NCBI GenBank assembly: GCA_937959265.1
Contig: CALGMA010000027.1
Coordinates: forward strand, 9,474-73,473
Direction: 5' to 3'
Length of the DNA: 64,000 nt
Origin: an uncultured Anaerolineae bacterium
Lineage (GTDB): Bacteria; Chloroflexota; Anaerolineae; J036; Brachytrichaceae
Positions 8,086 through 18,321 of this stretch are shown piece by piece. A model generated the notes under the pieces. That model ran no database searches, was not told the DNA's origin, and saw nothing but the letters and a program-made list of their open reading frames with translations. Both the position numbers and the translations under genes were made by a program. Within the stretch, counting starts at the first letter, position 1. Every line of letters begins with the position of its first letter.

Positions 8086-10575
8086 ATGGAAGCATACTGT
8101 TTCAAATGTCGCGGCAAGCACCCATTGCTTGATCCGAAACCTATCTTCTTTACCAACGGCACACCGGCGACCCAGGGTACCTGCGCCAACTGCGGTTACG
8201 ACAAGGTGTACAAGATGGGACGCACGCCGGCGCACGAAGGGCTAACTCCGCCGGAACCGGTGAAGCGGGAGCGCAAGCCAAAATCCGACGGCCGGTCGCA
8301 GCGCGCGAGGGACAGGTCGAAAGCGTCCTCTAACGGCGACGCCGGCGCACAAGGCGCGCCCGGTCTGCCGCTTGTCATTGTCGAATCGCCAGCCAAGGCG
8401 CGCACCATCGGCAAATTCCTGGGCCGCAAATACACCGTCCGGGCTTCCATCGGCCATATCCGTGATCTGCCCAAGAGCCGGCTGGGGGTGGACGTGGACA
8501 ACGACTTCGAGCCCACCTACATTATCCCTGCCGATAAGAAAGCGACCGTCAAGGAACTCAAGCAGTATGCCAAAGTCGCCAGTTCGATCTGGCTGGCGAC
8601 CGATCCCGATCGCGAAGGCGAGGCTATCTCATGGCATCTGACGCACGCGCTGCAGCCAGAAATCGCCGGCAAGCCAGTGCATCGCGTCGAGTTCCACGAA
8701 ATCACCAAGGACGCCGTAGATCACGCCTTCGCCCACCCACGGGACATCGACGACAACGCGGTGAACGCACAACAGGCGCGTCGCATCCTCGACCGGTTGG
8801 TAGGCTACAAGCTCAGCCCGCTGCTGAGCGACAAACTCAGCCGGCGCGGCCTGAGCGCCGGGCGCGTGCAGTCCGTCGCCCTGCGCCTGGTCATCGAGCG
8901 CGAGCGCGAAATCCAGGCCTTCACGCCGGTCGAGTACTGGAGCATCGAGGCAGAACTCGCCAAGCAGTTGTCCAGAGAGATATTCGTCGCCCGGTTGTTC
9001 AAGCTACGTGGCCAGGATCCTGACCTGAAAAACGAGGCCGACGCACAGCGGGTCGTGAACGAGCTAGAGGGCGCAGCGTATCGCGTAGTCAAGGTCGAGC
9101 GCAAGGATCGCTCACGCCGGCCAGCGGCGCCGTTCACCACGAGCACGATGCAACAGGAAGCCAGCCGCAAGCTCGGCTTCAACGCCCGACGCACGATGGC
9201 CGTCGCCCAACAACTCTACGAAGGCATAGACATCGGCGAAGGCACGGTCGGCTTGATCACTTACATGCGCACCGACTCGGTGAACGTAGCCGAGAGCGCG
9301 CAGCGCGAAGCGCGCCAGTTCATTGCCGAACGCTACGGAAGTGAGTTCATGCCGGAGGCCCCACCCAAATACGTCTCGCGCGCCAAGAATGCTCAGGAAG
9401 CACACGAGGCGATCCGTCCAACGTCCGTCTTCCGCACACCGGAGTCGCTGAAGGGCTACCTCGACCGCGATCAGTTCAGACTATACGAGCTGATCTGGAA
9501 GCGTTTCATCGCCAGCCAAATGGCCAATGCCATCTTCGACGCGACGACGGTGGACATCGAAGCGGCGCCCAAAGACACACACGCGCTTCAGGTCGAGTCG
9601 GGGAACGCCCAGGCTGATGCGCGCGCATTGATCCCCGGTTACTGGTTCCGCGCAACCGGTTCAGTGATCAAATTTGCCGGCTTCCTGAAGGTGTATGAGG
9701 AAGGCCACGACGAGGGTGAGAAGCTGAACGAGGAAGAAGAAGCGCGCGGCCGCCGGCTGCCGGAATTGTTTGCCGGTGAGTCACTCGACTTGATACGCTT
9801 GATTCCAGAGCAACACTTCACGCAGCCGCCGCCGCGCTACACCGAGGCCAGCCTGGTCAAGGCGCTGGAAGAATACGGCATCGGCCGGCCCAGCACCTAT
9901 GCGCAGATCATGACCACGATCCAATCGCGCGACTACGTGCGCAAAGAAGGCAAGCAACTTGTGCCGACCGAGCTGGGCTTCGCTGCCAACGACCTGCTCG
10001 TCGCCAACTTTCCCCACTACATCGACGTAGGGTTCACAGCACACGTGGAAGAAGAGCTGGACGACATCGAAACCGGCGCGCGAGAGTGGCGACCTGTGCT
10101 ACATGAGTTCTACGACCCCTTCAAAGAAGCCGTTGCCCAGGCCACTGAGCGCATCCCAAAGCGCGAGCGCACATTGCAATATACGGGCGAGAAGTGCCCT
10201 GCCTGCGAAGATGGCTTACTGGTCTATCGCGAAGGCCGCTTCGGAAGGTTCATCGCCTGCTCCAACTTTCCGAAATGCAAATACACTGCGCCTATCCCCA
10301 TCCCCGGCGTGCGGTGTCCGAAATGTGGCGGCCTGTTGGTGGAGAAGCGCGCCCGCAAGGGCCAGCGGCGCATCTTCTACGGCTGCGCGAACTACCCCGA
10401 GTGCGACTTCACCACGTGGTACAAACCGCTGGCGATCCAGGGGCCAGAGGGATGTGAGGGCCTGGTCGTGGAAATCGGCAAGGGCAAAGCCAAATGCCTG
10501 AACAACGACCTGGTCTTTGACATTTCAGAATCATCCGCCGAATCTACACCGGCGCTACCTGCGCCCTCGCCTTGA
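8086..10575 (+). CDS. topA: DNA topoisomerase I (type IA) with extra N-terminal zinc ribbon
   Basis: LVIVESPAKA TOPRIM, ATDPDREGEAI, SAGRVQS, active-site LITYMRTDS, C-terminal C4 zinc fingers. Confidence 0.97.
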   Translation: MEAYCFKCRGKHPLLDPKPIFFTNGTPATQGTCANCGYDKVYKMGRTPAHEGLTPPEPVKRERKPKSDGRSQRARDRSKASSNGDAGAQGAPGLPLVIVESPAKARTIGKFLGRKYTVRASIGHIRDLPKSRLGVDVDNDFEPTYIIPADKKATVKELKQYAKVASSIWLATDPDREGEAISWHLTHALQPEIAGKPVHRVEFHEITKDAVDHAFAHPRDIDDNAVNAQQARRILDRLVGYKLSPLLSDKLSRRGLSAGRVQSVALRLVIEREREIQAFTPVEYWSIEAELAKQLSREIFVARLFKLRGQDPDLKNEADAQRVVNELEGAAYRVVKVERKDRSRRPAAPFTTSTMQQEASRKLGFNARRTMAVAQQLYEGIDIGEGTVGLITYMRTDSVNVAESAQREARQFIAERYGSEFMPEAPPKYVSRAKNAQEAHEAIRPTSVFRTPESLKGYLDRDQFRLYELIWKRFIASQMANAIFDATTVDIEAAPKDTHALQVESGNAQADARALIPGYWFRATGSVIKFAGFLKVYEEGHDEGEKLNEEEEARGRRLPELFAGESLDLIRLIPEQHFTQPPPRYTEASLVKALEEYGIGRPSTYAQIMTTIQSRDYVRKEGKQLVPTELGFAANDLLVANFPHYIDVGFTAHVEEELDDIETGAREWRPVLHEFYDPFKEAVAQATERIPKRERTLQYTGEKCPACEDGLLVYREGRFGRFIACSNFPKCKYTAPIPIPGVRCPKCGGLLVEKRARKGQRRIFYGCANYPECDFTTWYKPLAIQGPEGCEGLVVEIGKGKAKCLNNDLVFDISESSAESTPALPAPSP

Positions 10576-11231
10576 CGAATCGCCCGCCGAGTGTTTTACT
10601 GTTTCACATGCTTGGCGACACTGTGTTGAATCGTGACCTCGATGAGTTTGCGGCTGCACCGGAATTCGAGGGGAATGTGCTGGTGCGTCCATCTCGGGCG
10701 CACCAGTTCGTTTATGCAGCCGTGTTGTTCGTTGCCGTTTTGCTTGCCATCACCGGCCTGGCCAACCTCATCGCCGTTTTCAGCCGTGCCGATCCATCGG
10801 CCAACGCCACAGCAACACTCGGCGCGGGTTTGCTTATGCTTCTTGCAGCGCTTGGGCTGATCTGGCGCTTTACCTCGCCGTTCGTGTTTGCAGCGGCGGT
10901 AACCGACAACGGCCTGCATTGGCGGACGATCTTCGGCTGGCACGAAGCGCCATGGGATGAGATCGAATTCGTGCTGGTCGAGCCACATAGCCGCTTCGGC
11001 GGACGCGCGGTGCACGTCAAAGCCGGCGATCGGCGGATGCACTATGGCTGGTTCGACTCAACCGATTGGTACACCTTCGGCCCGCTGGAATCGCTGCCGT
11101 CCGATGAAGCCAAGTCGCTCACGCATACCATCGTCTTGCGCGCCCGGCTTGCGCGCCGCTCGACCGGCGTATGGGTGAACGACCGCCTCGATAAACCGAC
11201 CGAAGTTTCCACCGGCCAATTCAAGTGGTAG
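10572..11231 (+). CDS. Membrane protein with two TM helices and PH-like domain
   Basis: Two hydrophobic helices then VTDNGLHWRTIFGWHEAPWDEI (bacterial PH-like); start may be 10608. Confidence 0.6.
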   Translation: MTNRPPSVLLFHMLGDTVLNRDLDEFAAAPEFEGNVLVRPSRAHQFVYAAVLFVAVLLAITGLANLIAVFSRADPSANATATLGAGLLMLLAALGLIWRFTSPFVFAAAVTDNGLHWRTIFGWHEAPWDEIEFVLVEPHSRFGGRAVHVKAGDRRMHYGWFDSTDWYTFGPLESLPSDEAKSLTHTIVLRARLARRSTGVWVNDRLDKPTEVSTGQFKW

Positions 11232-11238
11232 CACAGCG

Positions 11239-11751
11239 TCAAGGGCGTGGATCGGCGCGGACGACCTGCCGGCCTTCCAGGTCGGTGTGGTAGGTGTAGC
11301 GTTGGCCATCCACCGCCAGTACGACGCGATACCCCGGTATGACGATCTGGATACAAAACATGCCCGGTGTGCGCACCCCCAGGCATCCATCCGGCCATTG
11401 CACTTCCTCGACCAATATCACTTGGATCGCGCTCGGTGCGATCTGGAGTTGCTTCGCCAACATCTCACGCGCTGCCGCGACTGCCGGGTTACCTGTGCCG
11501 GCTTCGGACGACGTGGAAACGCCCACGGGCGTCGGTGTGGTCGGAACTGTTATCGTGGCCGCATCGAGCACAATCGTGCCAGGCGGTGTAGCAGCACTGA
11601 CGGGCTGCTCGGGTTTAGCAGGCGGTGAAACAGGCGATTCCATAAGCGGTATCGGCGTCGGCAAGGCGGTATTGCGTTGATCCGGCAGCGCGACGCTGCA
11701 AGCGGCTAACAACGCACTGACAAAGCCGATCATACACGTTCGGATGTTCAT
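11239..11751 (-). CDS. Lipoprotein with Pro/Thr linker and WPDGCLG...C..PGY domain
   Basis: Lipobox LLAAC; motif EEVQWPDGCLG..PGMFCIQIVIPGYRVVL..YHTD. Confidence 0.8.
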   Translation of the reverse strand: MNIRTCMIGFVSALLAACSVALPDQRNTALPTPIPLMESPVSPPAKPEQPVSAATPPGTIVLDAATITVPTTPTPVGVSTSSEAGTGNPAVAAAREMLAKQLQIAPSAIQVILVEEVQWPDGCLGVRTPGMFCIQIVIPGYRVVLAVDGQRYTYHTDLEGRQVVRADPRP

Positions 11752-11818
11752 GTCACACAGACGATAGCGGAGACGGACAGGTTCCCCGGCGCCGATGCTA
11801 AACTACCGCCTAACCGGC

Positions 11819-12550
11819 ATGGCCGACGACATCATCGCACAGCGCGCCCTGGCTGCGCAACTGTTGACCCCCGGACCCGCGGATGCGCTCACCTGGTACT
11901 TCGCGATCGAGCACGACCCGCGCCGTACGCGGCTACATGTGCAGACCAGCTCGAACGGCCAGCCGCTTGCCTTCGTTGCCGTGTGTCAGACCGGCCTCGA
12001 TCTGTTCCGTCCACTCGTGGTGATGCGCGGTGATGACTCGATCGCCCTACAACAGGCCTTGCGCGACGCACTGGCACCCAACCGGCAGTATTTGTTCAAC
12101 GCGCAGCCGTCCGCTCGCCCCCAGCTCGAAGGGGTGTGCCAACTTCATGGTGAGACGATCAACGCCATTTATGCGCTGAACATCAGCGACTTCAAACCGA
12201 TCGTAAACATCCTCGTACAGACTAGCAAGACGCCGGATGGGATGTTGCGCGCGGTGATTCGCGCGCGTGACGGATCGAATGCTGCCGAGGCCGGCACGAC
12301 CTGGATCTCATCGCGATATGCGGAGGTGTTCGTACACGTCGTCGAAGGCGCGCGTAGACGCGGCCTGGGCAAATCAGTGGTCAGCGTGATTAGCGCCCAG
12401 GTGTTGGAGATGGGGCGTACACCGCTGTACGTCGTCAGCCAAGCCAACATCGCCTCGATTCGCCTCGCCGAGCGGCTCGGCTATCACGATACCAGCGCGC
12501 GCGAGCTAAGTGGGGCAATGAGTCGGAGGGATGATTGGAGCAAACCTTAA
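11819..12550 (+). CDS. GNAT-family acetyltransferase
   Basis: C-terminal RRRGLGK acetyl-CoA motif and NIASIRLAERLGY. Confidence 0.8.
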   Translation: MADDIIAQRALAAQLLTPGPADALTWYFAIEHDPRRTRLHVQTSSNGQPLAFVAVCQTGLDLFRPLVVMRGDDSIALQQALRDALAPNRQYLFNAQPSARPQLEGVCQLHGETINAIYALNISDFKPIVNILVQTSKTPDGMLRAVIRARDGSNAAEAGTTWISSRYAEVFVHVVEGARRRGLGKSVVSVISAQVLEMGRTPLYVVSQANIASIRLAERLGYHDTSARELSGAMSRRDDWSKP

Positions 12551-12637
12551 AAAGTGGGTGTAGGTCGTTGCAACCACTTCACGAAGGATTGATTACGCAT
12601 TAACATTCTGTGGAACCTCATACGAGTCCAGGAAGAT

Positions 12638-13405
12638 ATGTCCAAACGAAGAGAACTCGAAGCACGCCGACAGGAGCAGCAACGCAAGCAGACCATTCAG
12701 ATCGCCGTCATCATCGGCGCGATCGCTGTCATTGTGATCGGCGGCGCAGTCGTCCTCAGCGCGCTCTCCGGTCAGCAACAACAGCAAGCCAGCGCGCTCC
12801 CCCCCGTAAAGTCAGCAAGCAAAATCACGCCGCCGAATGCCGAGCCCAACGGCAAGGCATGGGGACCGGCCGATGCGCCGATTAAGATCGAAGAATATCT
12901 AGACTACCAGTGCCCGGCTTGCGGCCAATATGCGCGCAATTTCGAACCGGCGGTGATCGAAGCCTTTGCCAAGACCGGCAAAGTGCGCTACGAGGTGAAT
13001 TTCATGCCCTTCCTCGAAGACCGCGTCGGCGGACGCGAATCGCGCGACGCCGTACAAGCCGCGCTCTGCGCCGCGGATCAGAACAAGTTTTGGCAGATGC
13101 ACGCGACGCTGTTCGTTAATCAGCCGATCACCGGCCAGGAGAACATCGGCAATTACAGCAAGCCACGTCTGAAGGAAATGGCAGCCACCATCGAGGGCAT
13201 GGACACAGCAGCGTTCAACGCTTGTTTGGACGCGAACAAGTATGAAAGCACCGTGCTGCAAATCCGCCGGGATGGTGAAGCGCGCGGGGTGCAGCAAACG
13301 CCCACGTTCTTCGTGAATGGCCAGCCTTTCCCCGGCGTGCGCAGTGTACAAGACTTCCAGCAGATCTTCGCACAAGTCGCGCCGAACGTGAAGCTCGATG
13401 AGTAA
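12638..13405 (+). CDS. Membrane-anchored DsbA/thioredoxin-fold protein
   Basis: N-terminal TM helix, DYQCPAC, GVQQTPTFFVNG. Confidence 0.9.
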   Translation: MSKRRELEARRQEQQRKQTIQIAVIIGAIAVIVIGGAVVLSALSGQQQQQASALPPVKSASKITPPNAEPNGKAWGPADAPIKIEEYLDYQCPACGQYARNFEPAVIEAFAKTGKVRYEVNFMPFLEDRVGGRESRDAVQAALCAADQNKFWQMHATLFVNQPITGQENIGNYSKPRLKEMAATIEGMDTAAFNACLDANKYESTVLQIRRDGEARGVQQTPTFFVNGQPFPGVRSVQDFQQIFAQVAPNVKLDE

Positions 13406-13469
13406 CCAGGGTAATGGCTTCCGCCCACCCTCTGCCAATTACAGATCACCCCACCCTACGCAGCTAACC

Positions 13470-14873
13470 ATGAGCACCCCCTATCGCTTACCCCAAGGCC
13501 GCACACCTCGCCCTGCATTGTGGACGGATATCCCAGATGAACAATGGGACGACTGGCGCTGGCAACTCAGCCACCGGCTCAACACGGCAGAGGACCTGGC
13601 GAAGATCATTCAGCTCACCGAAGAAGAGCTAGAAGGGCTGAACGCGCCGAACAAGTTTCGCGTGGACATCACCCCTTACTTCGCATCGCTCATAGACCCT
13701 GACGATCCAGACTGTCCGGTGCGCTTGCAAGTCGTGCCGCGCGGGCGCGAGTTGAAGGCGTTCGAGAGCATGATGGAGGATTCGCTGGCCGAGGACGCAC
13801 ACTCACCGGTGCCCGGCCTGGTACACCGCTATCCTGATCGGGTCCTCATGTTGGTCACCACACAGTGCGCTTCGTACTGCCGCTATTGCACACGCAGCCG
13901 CATCGTCGGCGACCCGCACGCGATGTTCAACCGGCGCCACCACGATATGCAGATCGAGTACCTGCGTCGGACACCGGAGGTGCGCGATGTACTGTTGAGC
14001 GGCGGCGACCCACTCACGTTGCCGCAGAAGATCCTCGAAGACTTGCTGCGCCGGCTGCGCGACATCCCCCACATCGAGATCATCCGCATTGGGTCGCGCG
14101 TGCCGGTGTTCCTACCACAGCGCATCACTGATGAACTAGTGGAGATGCTGCGCCAGTTCCATCCGCTATGGATGAACATCCATGTCAACCATCCGAAGGA
14201 AATTACACCAGAGCTGGCGCGCGCATGTGCCAGGTTGGCCGACGCCGGCATCCCGATCGGCAACCAAAGCGTGCTGCTCGCCGGCGTCAACGATCACCCG
14301 GATACCATCAAGAGGCTCTGCCACGAGCTGGTCAGGATACGCGTCAAGCCGTACTACCTCTACCAGTGTGACCTGGTCGAGGGCAGCGGCCACTTCCGCA
14401 CCACGATCGCAGCCGGCCTGGAGATCATGGAAGCGTTGCGCGGCCATACCAGCGGCTATGCCATCCCGACCTATGTCGTGGATCTGCCGGGTGGCGGCGG
14501 CAAGGTGCCAGTCTTGCCAAATTACCTGATCAGCCAGTCGCCTGGCCGCGTCGTTTTTCGCAACTTCGAGGGCTACATTACCACCTACACCGAGCCAACG
14601 GATTACCGGCGTCCCCAACGCACTAAATGGACGCCCGAGCCGCGCGCCGGCCGCAGGCTAACCGGCGTGGCCGGCTTGTTGGCCGGCGAGGCCATGACGA
14701 TCGAACCGGACGGTTGGCGAGCACACCACCACTTGCCCCCGGCGGAGTCAAACGGCCAGTTCGGGCCTCACAACAACGGCACCGAATCCATCCCGCTCGA
14801 TGCGTTGCTCGACCGGCGTGATGTTCAAATTGCCGGTGCCGGCGATGAGCCAAGTTGGGCCAAAGTCAACTAA
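13470..14873 (+). CDS. kamA: Lysine 2,3-aminomutase family radical SAM enzyme
   Basis: W.DWRWQL, HRYPDRVL, CASYCRYCTR, YYLYQCD, PLP-lysine motif GGGGKVP. Confidence 0.9.
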   Translation: MSTPYRLPQGRTPRPALWTDIPDEQWDDWRWQLSHRLNTAEDLAKIIQLTEEELEGLNAPNKFRVDITPYFASLIDPDDPDCPVRLQVVPRGRELKAFESMMEDSLAEDAHSPVPGLVHRYPDRVLMLVTTQCASYCRYCTRSRIVGDPHAMFNRRHHDMQIEYLRRTPEVRDVLLSGGDPLTLPQKILEDLLRRLRDIPHIEIIRIGSRVPVFLPQRITDELVEMLRQFHPLWMNIHVNHPKEITPELARACARLADAGIPIGNQSVLLAGVNDHPDTIKRLCHELVRIRVKPYYLYQCDLVEGSGHFRTTIAAGLEIMEALRGHTSGYAIPTYVVDLPGGGGKVPVLPNYLISQSPGRVVFRNFEGYITTYTEPTDYRRPQRTKWTPEPRAGRRLTGVAGLLAGEAMTIEPDGWRAHHHLPPAESNGQFGPHNNGTESIPLDALLDRRDVQIAGAGDEPSWAKVN

Positions 14874-14962
14874 GAGCCTATCCAGAAGTGCCACTGGGTA
14901 GGCAAAGGCAGTGCCTTCACCTACCCAAACTCACTTTATGCTGTGCGTTTTCGGACAGCCTA
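14872..14962. repeat. Hairpin element with degenerate inverted ends (possible MITE remnant or terminator)
   Basis: Stem TGGGTAGG..AAGGC-AGT-GCCTT..CCTACCCA at 14895-14927; ends AGAGCCTATCCAGAA and TTTCGGACAGCCTAT match about 10/15 as an inverted repeat. Confidence 0.35.
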
Positions 14963-14999
14963 TGAATCCCACACTCATTACGTAAACGAGGAATTGTCA

Positions 15000-15296
15000 A
15001 TGGCAGCCTATGTGATCGCAGATATCGAAGTGCTCGAACCCATCGAATACGAGGAATACAAAAAGCTGGCAGGGCCAACGCCCGCTCAATTCGGCGGACG
15101 CTACATCGTGCGCGGTGCGCCCGCGCACGTCATCGAGGGTGAATGGTCGCCCAAACGTTTCGTCATCCTGGAATTCCCCAGCCTGGAGCAGGCAAAGGCG
15201 TGGTACGAATCCGAAGCGTATAGCCGCGCTAAAGCGATTCGGCACCGCACTGCCAGGTCGAACGTGATCATGGTCGAAGGCGTCACTCCCTCCTGA
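15000..15296 (+). CDS. DUF1330 family protein
   Basis: MAAYVIADI..FGGRYIVRG..EGEW..ILEFPSLEQAKAWYES pattern. Confidence 0.85.
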   Translation: MAAYVIADIEVLEPIEYEEYKKLAGPTPAQFGGRYIVRGAPAHVIEGEWSPKRFVILEFPSLEQAKAWYESEAYSRAKAIRHRTARSNVIMVEGVTPS

Positions 15297-15306
15297 TCCA
15301 GGCCAA

Positions 15307-16179
15307 ATGAAGCGAAGCAACGTCATTCCAGCGATCCTGCTGGTCATCGGGACATGCATCGCGCCGGCAGCAGCACAAACTGCTGCACCGCTGGCCGGCG
15401 AAGGAACCACTGTCGTCGAGGCGCCGGCGACTGCAATCCAACCCGGCACGACGGCAGACGAACCATCCAGCAGGCCACAAACCGGCCAACATGCCTACAC
15501 ATTCGAGGCGCAGCTCGCCGATGGCCGAGCAACCCGGCTCAACTATCTGCTCTTCGTGCCGGCATCTTACGGACAAGATCCGCAGGCAAAATGGCCGCTG
15601 TTGGTCTTCCTGCATGGCTCGCGCGAGGCGGGCCGCGACATCAGCCGGCTACAGCGCGCCATTCTGCCGCAGATCGTCGAGGAGAACGCCGAATTCCCCT
15701 TCATCGTCGTCTCGCCGCAATCGCCTACGAGACAGCGCGGCTGGTATCCCAGCCTGGACGCGATCGAGGCGCTGCTCGACACATTGCAGACAGAATTGGC
15801 CATTGATCCCGACCGCATCTACCTCACCGGCCTGAGCATGGGCGGTTATGGCGCGTGGGCGCTGGCGATGGACGACCCCGACCGTTTCGCGGCCATCGCA
15901 CCGGTGGTCGGCGGATATTTCTACAGCGCCCAGCAACTCTGCGCGCTCAAGGACAAACCGATCTGGGTGTTCGGCGCACGGCTCGACCGCAACGTGCCAT
16001 TGCGCGAGAGCGAGCGCGTGGTCAGCGCGCTGAAGTCATGCGGCGGCGACCCGCGCTTCACGGTGTTCGAAAACGCCGACCACGACCTGGGCTGGGAGTT
16101 GGCCTACCGGACAACCGAACTCTTCGAGTGGCTGCTGCAACAGCGACGCGGTCAACCGCCGGTGCGCATGTCCGACTGA
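15307..16179 (+). CDS. Secreted alpha/beta hydrolase (esterase/peptidase-like)
   Basis: Signal peptide; PLLVFLHGS, IDPDRIYLTGLSMGGYG nucleophile elbow, D and H of the triad. Confidence 0.85.
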   Translation: MKRSNVIPAILLVIGTCIAPAAAQTAAPLAGEGTTVVEAPATAIQPGTTADEPSSRPQTGQHAYTFEAQLADGRATRLNYLLFVPASYGQDPQAKWPLLVFLHGSREAGRDISRLQRAILPQIVEENAEFPFIVVSPQSPTRQRGWYPSLDAIEALLDTLQTELAIDPDRIYLTGLSMGGYGAWALAMDDPDRFAAIAPVVGGYFYSAQQLCALKDKPIWVFGARLDRNVPLRESERVVSALKSCGGDPRFTVFENADHDLGWELAYRTTELFEWLLQQRRGQPPVRMSD

Positions 16180-16245
16180 ACATACGATCCAGGTGCCGCT
16201 TTGGCTTGTGCCAGTGCTCGAATCGCACCGACTATCGCCGATGAA

Positions 16246-17817
16246 TCATCCCAAGGGCGCTATATTTGCCGGTGCGGCGGGCGCGCTCGATGTGTGCCGC
16301 GCCGCGCTTGCCCCAGCGCTCATCTCATCAGCGTCCATTTGATCCGCGACCCGCTGCGCTTCCAGTTGTTGCACATTGCCGCGCGGCGCCAACGCAGCAA
16401 CAAACAATCCGGCGATCGCTGTCGCCAGCGAGAAGAGGAACACACCCTGCAACGCTCGCGCCAGCGCCGATACCAGGACGGGGTCGGCCAGGGCAGCAGC
16501 ACTCTGGCTCGCGCCTCGCTCGAGCAGGGTGTCCAGGGATACTCCATCCAAGGCTGCGCCGGAGCCGGCCAGCGCAGCACTCACCCCGGCGCCCAAGATC
16601 ACGCCCATAACGCTCACGCCGAGTGTGCCACCGATGTTCCGGCTGAAGGTCAACGTAGACGTCGCTGTGCCTAGCTTATCGCGGCGGACTGCGCTCTGCA
16701 CGGCGATCATAAACGCTGGAATGGAGAAGCCCATGCCGGCACCGGTCAGACCCATGCCGATCAGCAAAGGTGGCCCGCCGCGCACAACACCGGCAGTAAA
16801 CACGAGCGCTGCGCCGACAACAGCCATCACCATGCCAAACACAGCAAGTGCGCGATAGCTGACGCGGAGCAACAGCCGGCTACAGATGATGCTGGCAACC
16901 ACCCAACTCAACATCTGTGGGGTCAACGATGCGCCAGCGGCGGTGGCAGTGGCGCGCAGAATCGTTTGTGCAAATAACGGCACATATGAGGCGCTCCCAA
17001 AGATCGCCATACCAACCAGTATGCCGTGCAAACACGACACGAAGAAGAGACGGTCACGAAATAGCGTGACCGGCAAGATCGGATCGGCTGCTCGCCGCTC
17101 GACGACGATGAGCAACACGAAGACGATCACAGCGACTGCGACCCGTACTACTCCCTGCAAGCTGCTGAGGTCAAACAACCCCAGCAGTAATAAAACGATG
17201 CCCGCGCTGAGCAATACCGCGCCGGCAAAGTCCACCCGAACCGCTTGCCGCGAGCGCGCCCGGACCTCGCGCCATCCCAGCCCAAACAATACCCCCGCGA
17301 CCAAACCGGGGAACACGTTGATGTAGAACACCCACTGCCAGCCAATGCGCTCCACCAGAAAGCCGCCGATCAGCGGGCCGACGATGGATGAGACGCCCCA
17401 CACGCCGCTGAATAAACCCTGAATCTTCGCCCGGCGCTCCAGCGAGAACATGTCGCCAATGATGGTGAAGGCCAGGGGCAGGATGCCGCCGGCGCCCAGC
17501 CCCTGCACCGCACGGGCGAGGATGAGCTGGGTCATGCTGGTCGCCGATCCTGCCAGGAGTGAACCGACGAGGAACAGCGCGATGGAGAAGAAATACACTG
17601 GCCGTCGCCCGAAGAGATCGGACAACTTACCGTAGACTGGCACAGTGGTCGTGGAGGCCAAGAGATAAGCGGAGAAAACCCAACTGTAAACCGCCAGGCC
17701 ACCAAGCTGACTGACAATGGTGGGCATGGCCGTGCCGACGATGGTGACTTCCATAGAGGCGAGGAAGAGGCTGAGCATGATTGCTGCGGTCACGGCGACG
17801 ACATGAGGGCGTTGCAT
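16246..17817 (-). CDS. MFS drug-efflux transporter (DHA2/EmrB-QacA type)
   Basis: TIVGTAMPTI, YGKLSDLFGRRP, WQWVFYIN; many TM segments. Confidence 0.92.
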   Translation of the reverse strand: MQRPHVVAVTAAIMLSLFLASMEVTIVGTAMPTIVSQLGGLAVYSWVFSAYLLASTTTVPVYGKLSDLFGRRPVYFFSIALFLVGSLLAGSATSMTQLILARAVQGLGAGGILPLAFTIIGDMFSLERRAKIQGLFSGVWGVSSIVGPLIGGFLVERIGWQWVFYINVFPGLVAGVLFGLGWREVRARSRQAVRVDFAGAVLLSAGIVLLLLGLFDLSSLQGVVRVAVAVIVFVLLIVVERRAADPILPVTLFRDRLFFVSCLHGILVGMAIFGSASYVPLFAQTILRATATAAGASLTPQMLSWVVASIICSRLLLRVSYRALAVFGMVMAVVGAALVFTAGVVRGGPPLLIGMGLTGAGMGFSIPAFMIAVQSAVRRDKLGTATSTLTFSRNIGGTLGVSVMGVILGAGVSAALAGSGAALDGVSLDTLLERGASQSAAALADPVLVSALARALQGVFLFSLATAIAGLFVAALAPRGNVQQLEAQRVADQMDADEMSAGASAARHTSSAPAAPANIAPLG

Positions 17818-17840
17818 ACGCCAATCTTACAGCCGAATTG

Positions 17841-17849
17841 TGCTAAAAT
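17841..17849 (+). promoter_or_regulatory. Putative extended -10 promoter for rpsR-rpmG
   Basis: TGCTAAAAT (TGn-TAAAAT) about 75 nt upstream of the rpsR GTG start. Confidence 0.45.
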
Positions 17850-17921
17850 TCCGCCCTTGCGCCATCCAGACCGATCGCACGGCGCAGGGAGATTGAAGTC
17901 AAATTCAACTGAGGGAGAAAC

Positions 17922-18263
17922 GTGGAAAACAGCTTTACCGTAGCCGAAGAGACAACGGCTGAGCCTTCAAAGCCCAAAGCTGCAATCGGAAAGTCTCAGA
18001 AGAAGAGGGCGACGGCTTATCGTGCGCCCAGCGTCGAAACAAGCAGTGCGCGGCCGAAGCGCGTGGATGAGTTCGCCGCGACAGGTACGGTTCCCGACTA
18101 TAAGGATTACGAGCGACTCCGCCGCTACATCAGCAGCCAAGGCAAGATTCTGCCTCGCCGCCGCAGCGGTCTGAGCGCAAAGAATCAACGGCTTATGGCC
18201 CGCGCCATCAAGCGCGCACGCCACCTGGCGCTGTTGCCAATGCCGGGCACGTTGAACAAGTGA
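17922..18263 (+). CDS. rpsR: 30S ribosomal protein S18 (Cys-free, N-terminally extended)
   Basis: [48 protein letters not shown]; RBS GAGGGAG. Confidence 0.95.
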   Translation: MENSFTVAEETTAEPSKPKAAIGKSQKKRATAYRAPSVETSSARPKRVDEFAATGTVPDYKDYERLRRYISSQGKILPRRRSGLSAKNQRLMARAIKRARHLALLPMPGTLNK

Positions 18264-18321
18264 CCAGCGCAGACGTTCGGCGTCATGCAGGCTCCGGACG
18301 TCTGTCATTCAGGAGGTTGGC

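Noticed and set aside
717-10575. nth, AlkA-like glycosylase and topA as a dedicated repair or defence island
   Set aside because: They are on different strands and interleaved with unrelated housekeeping genes.
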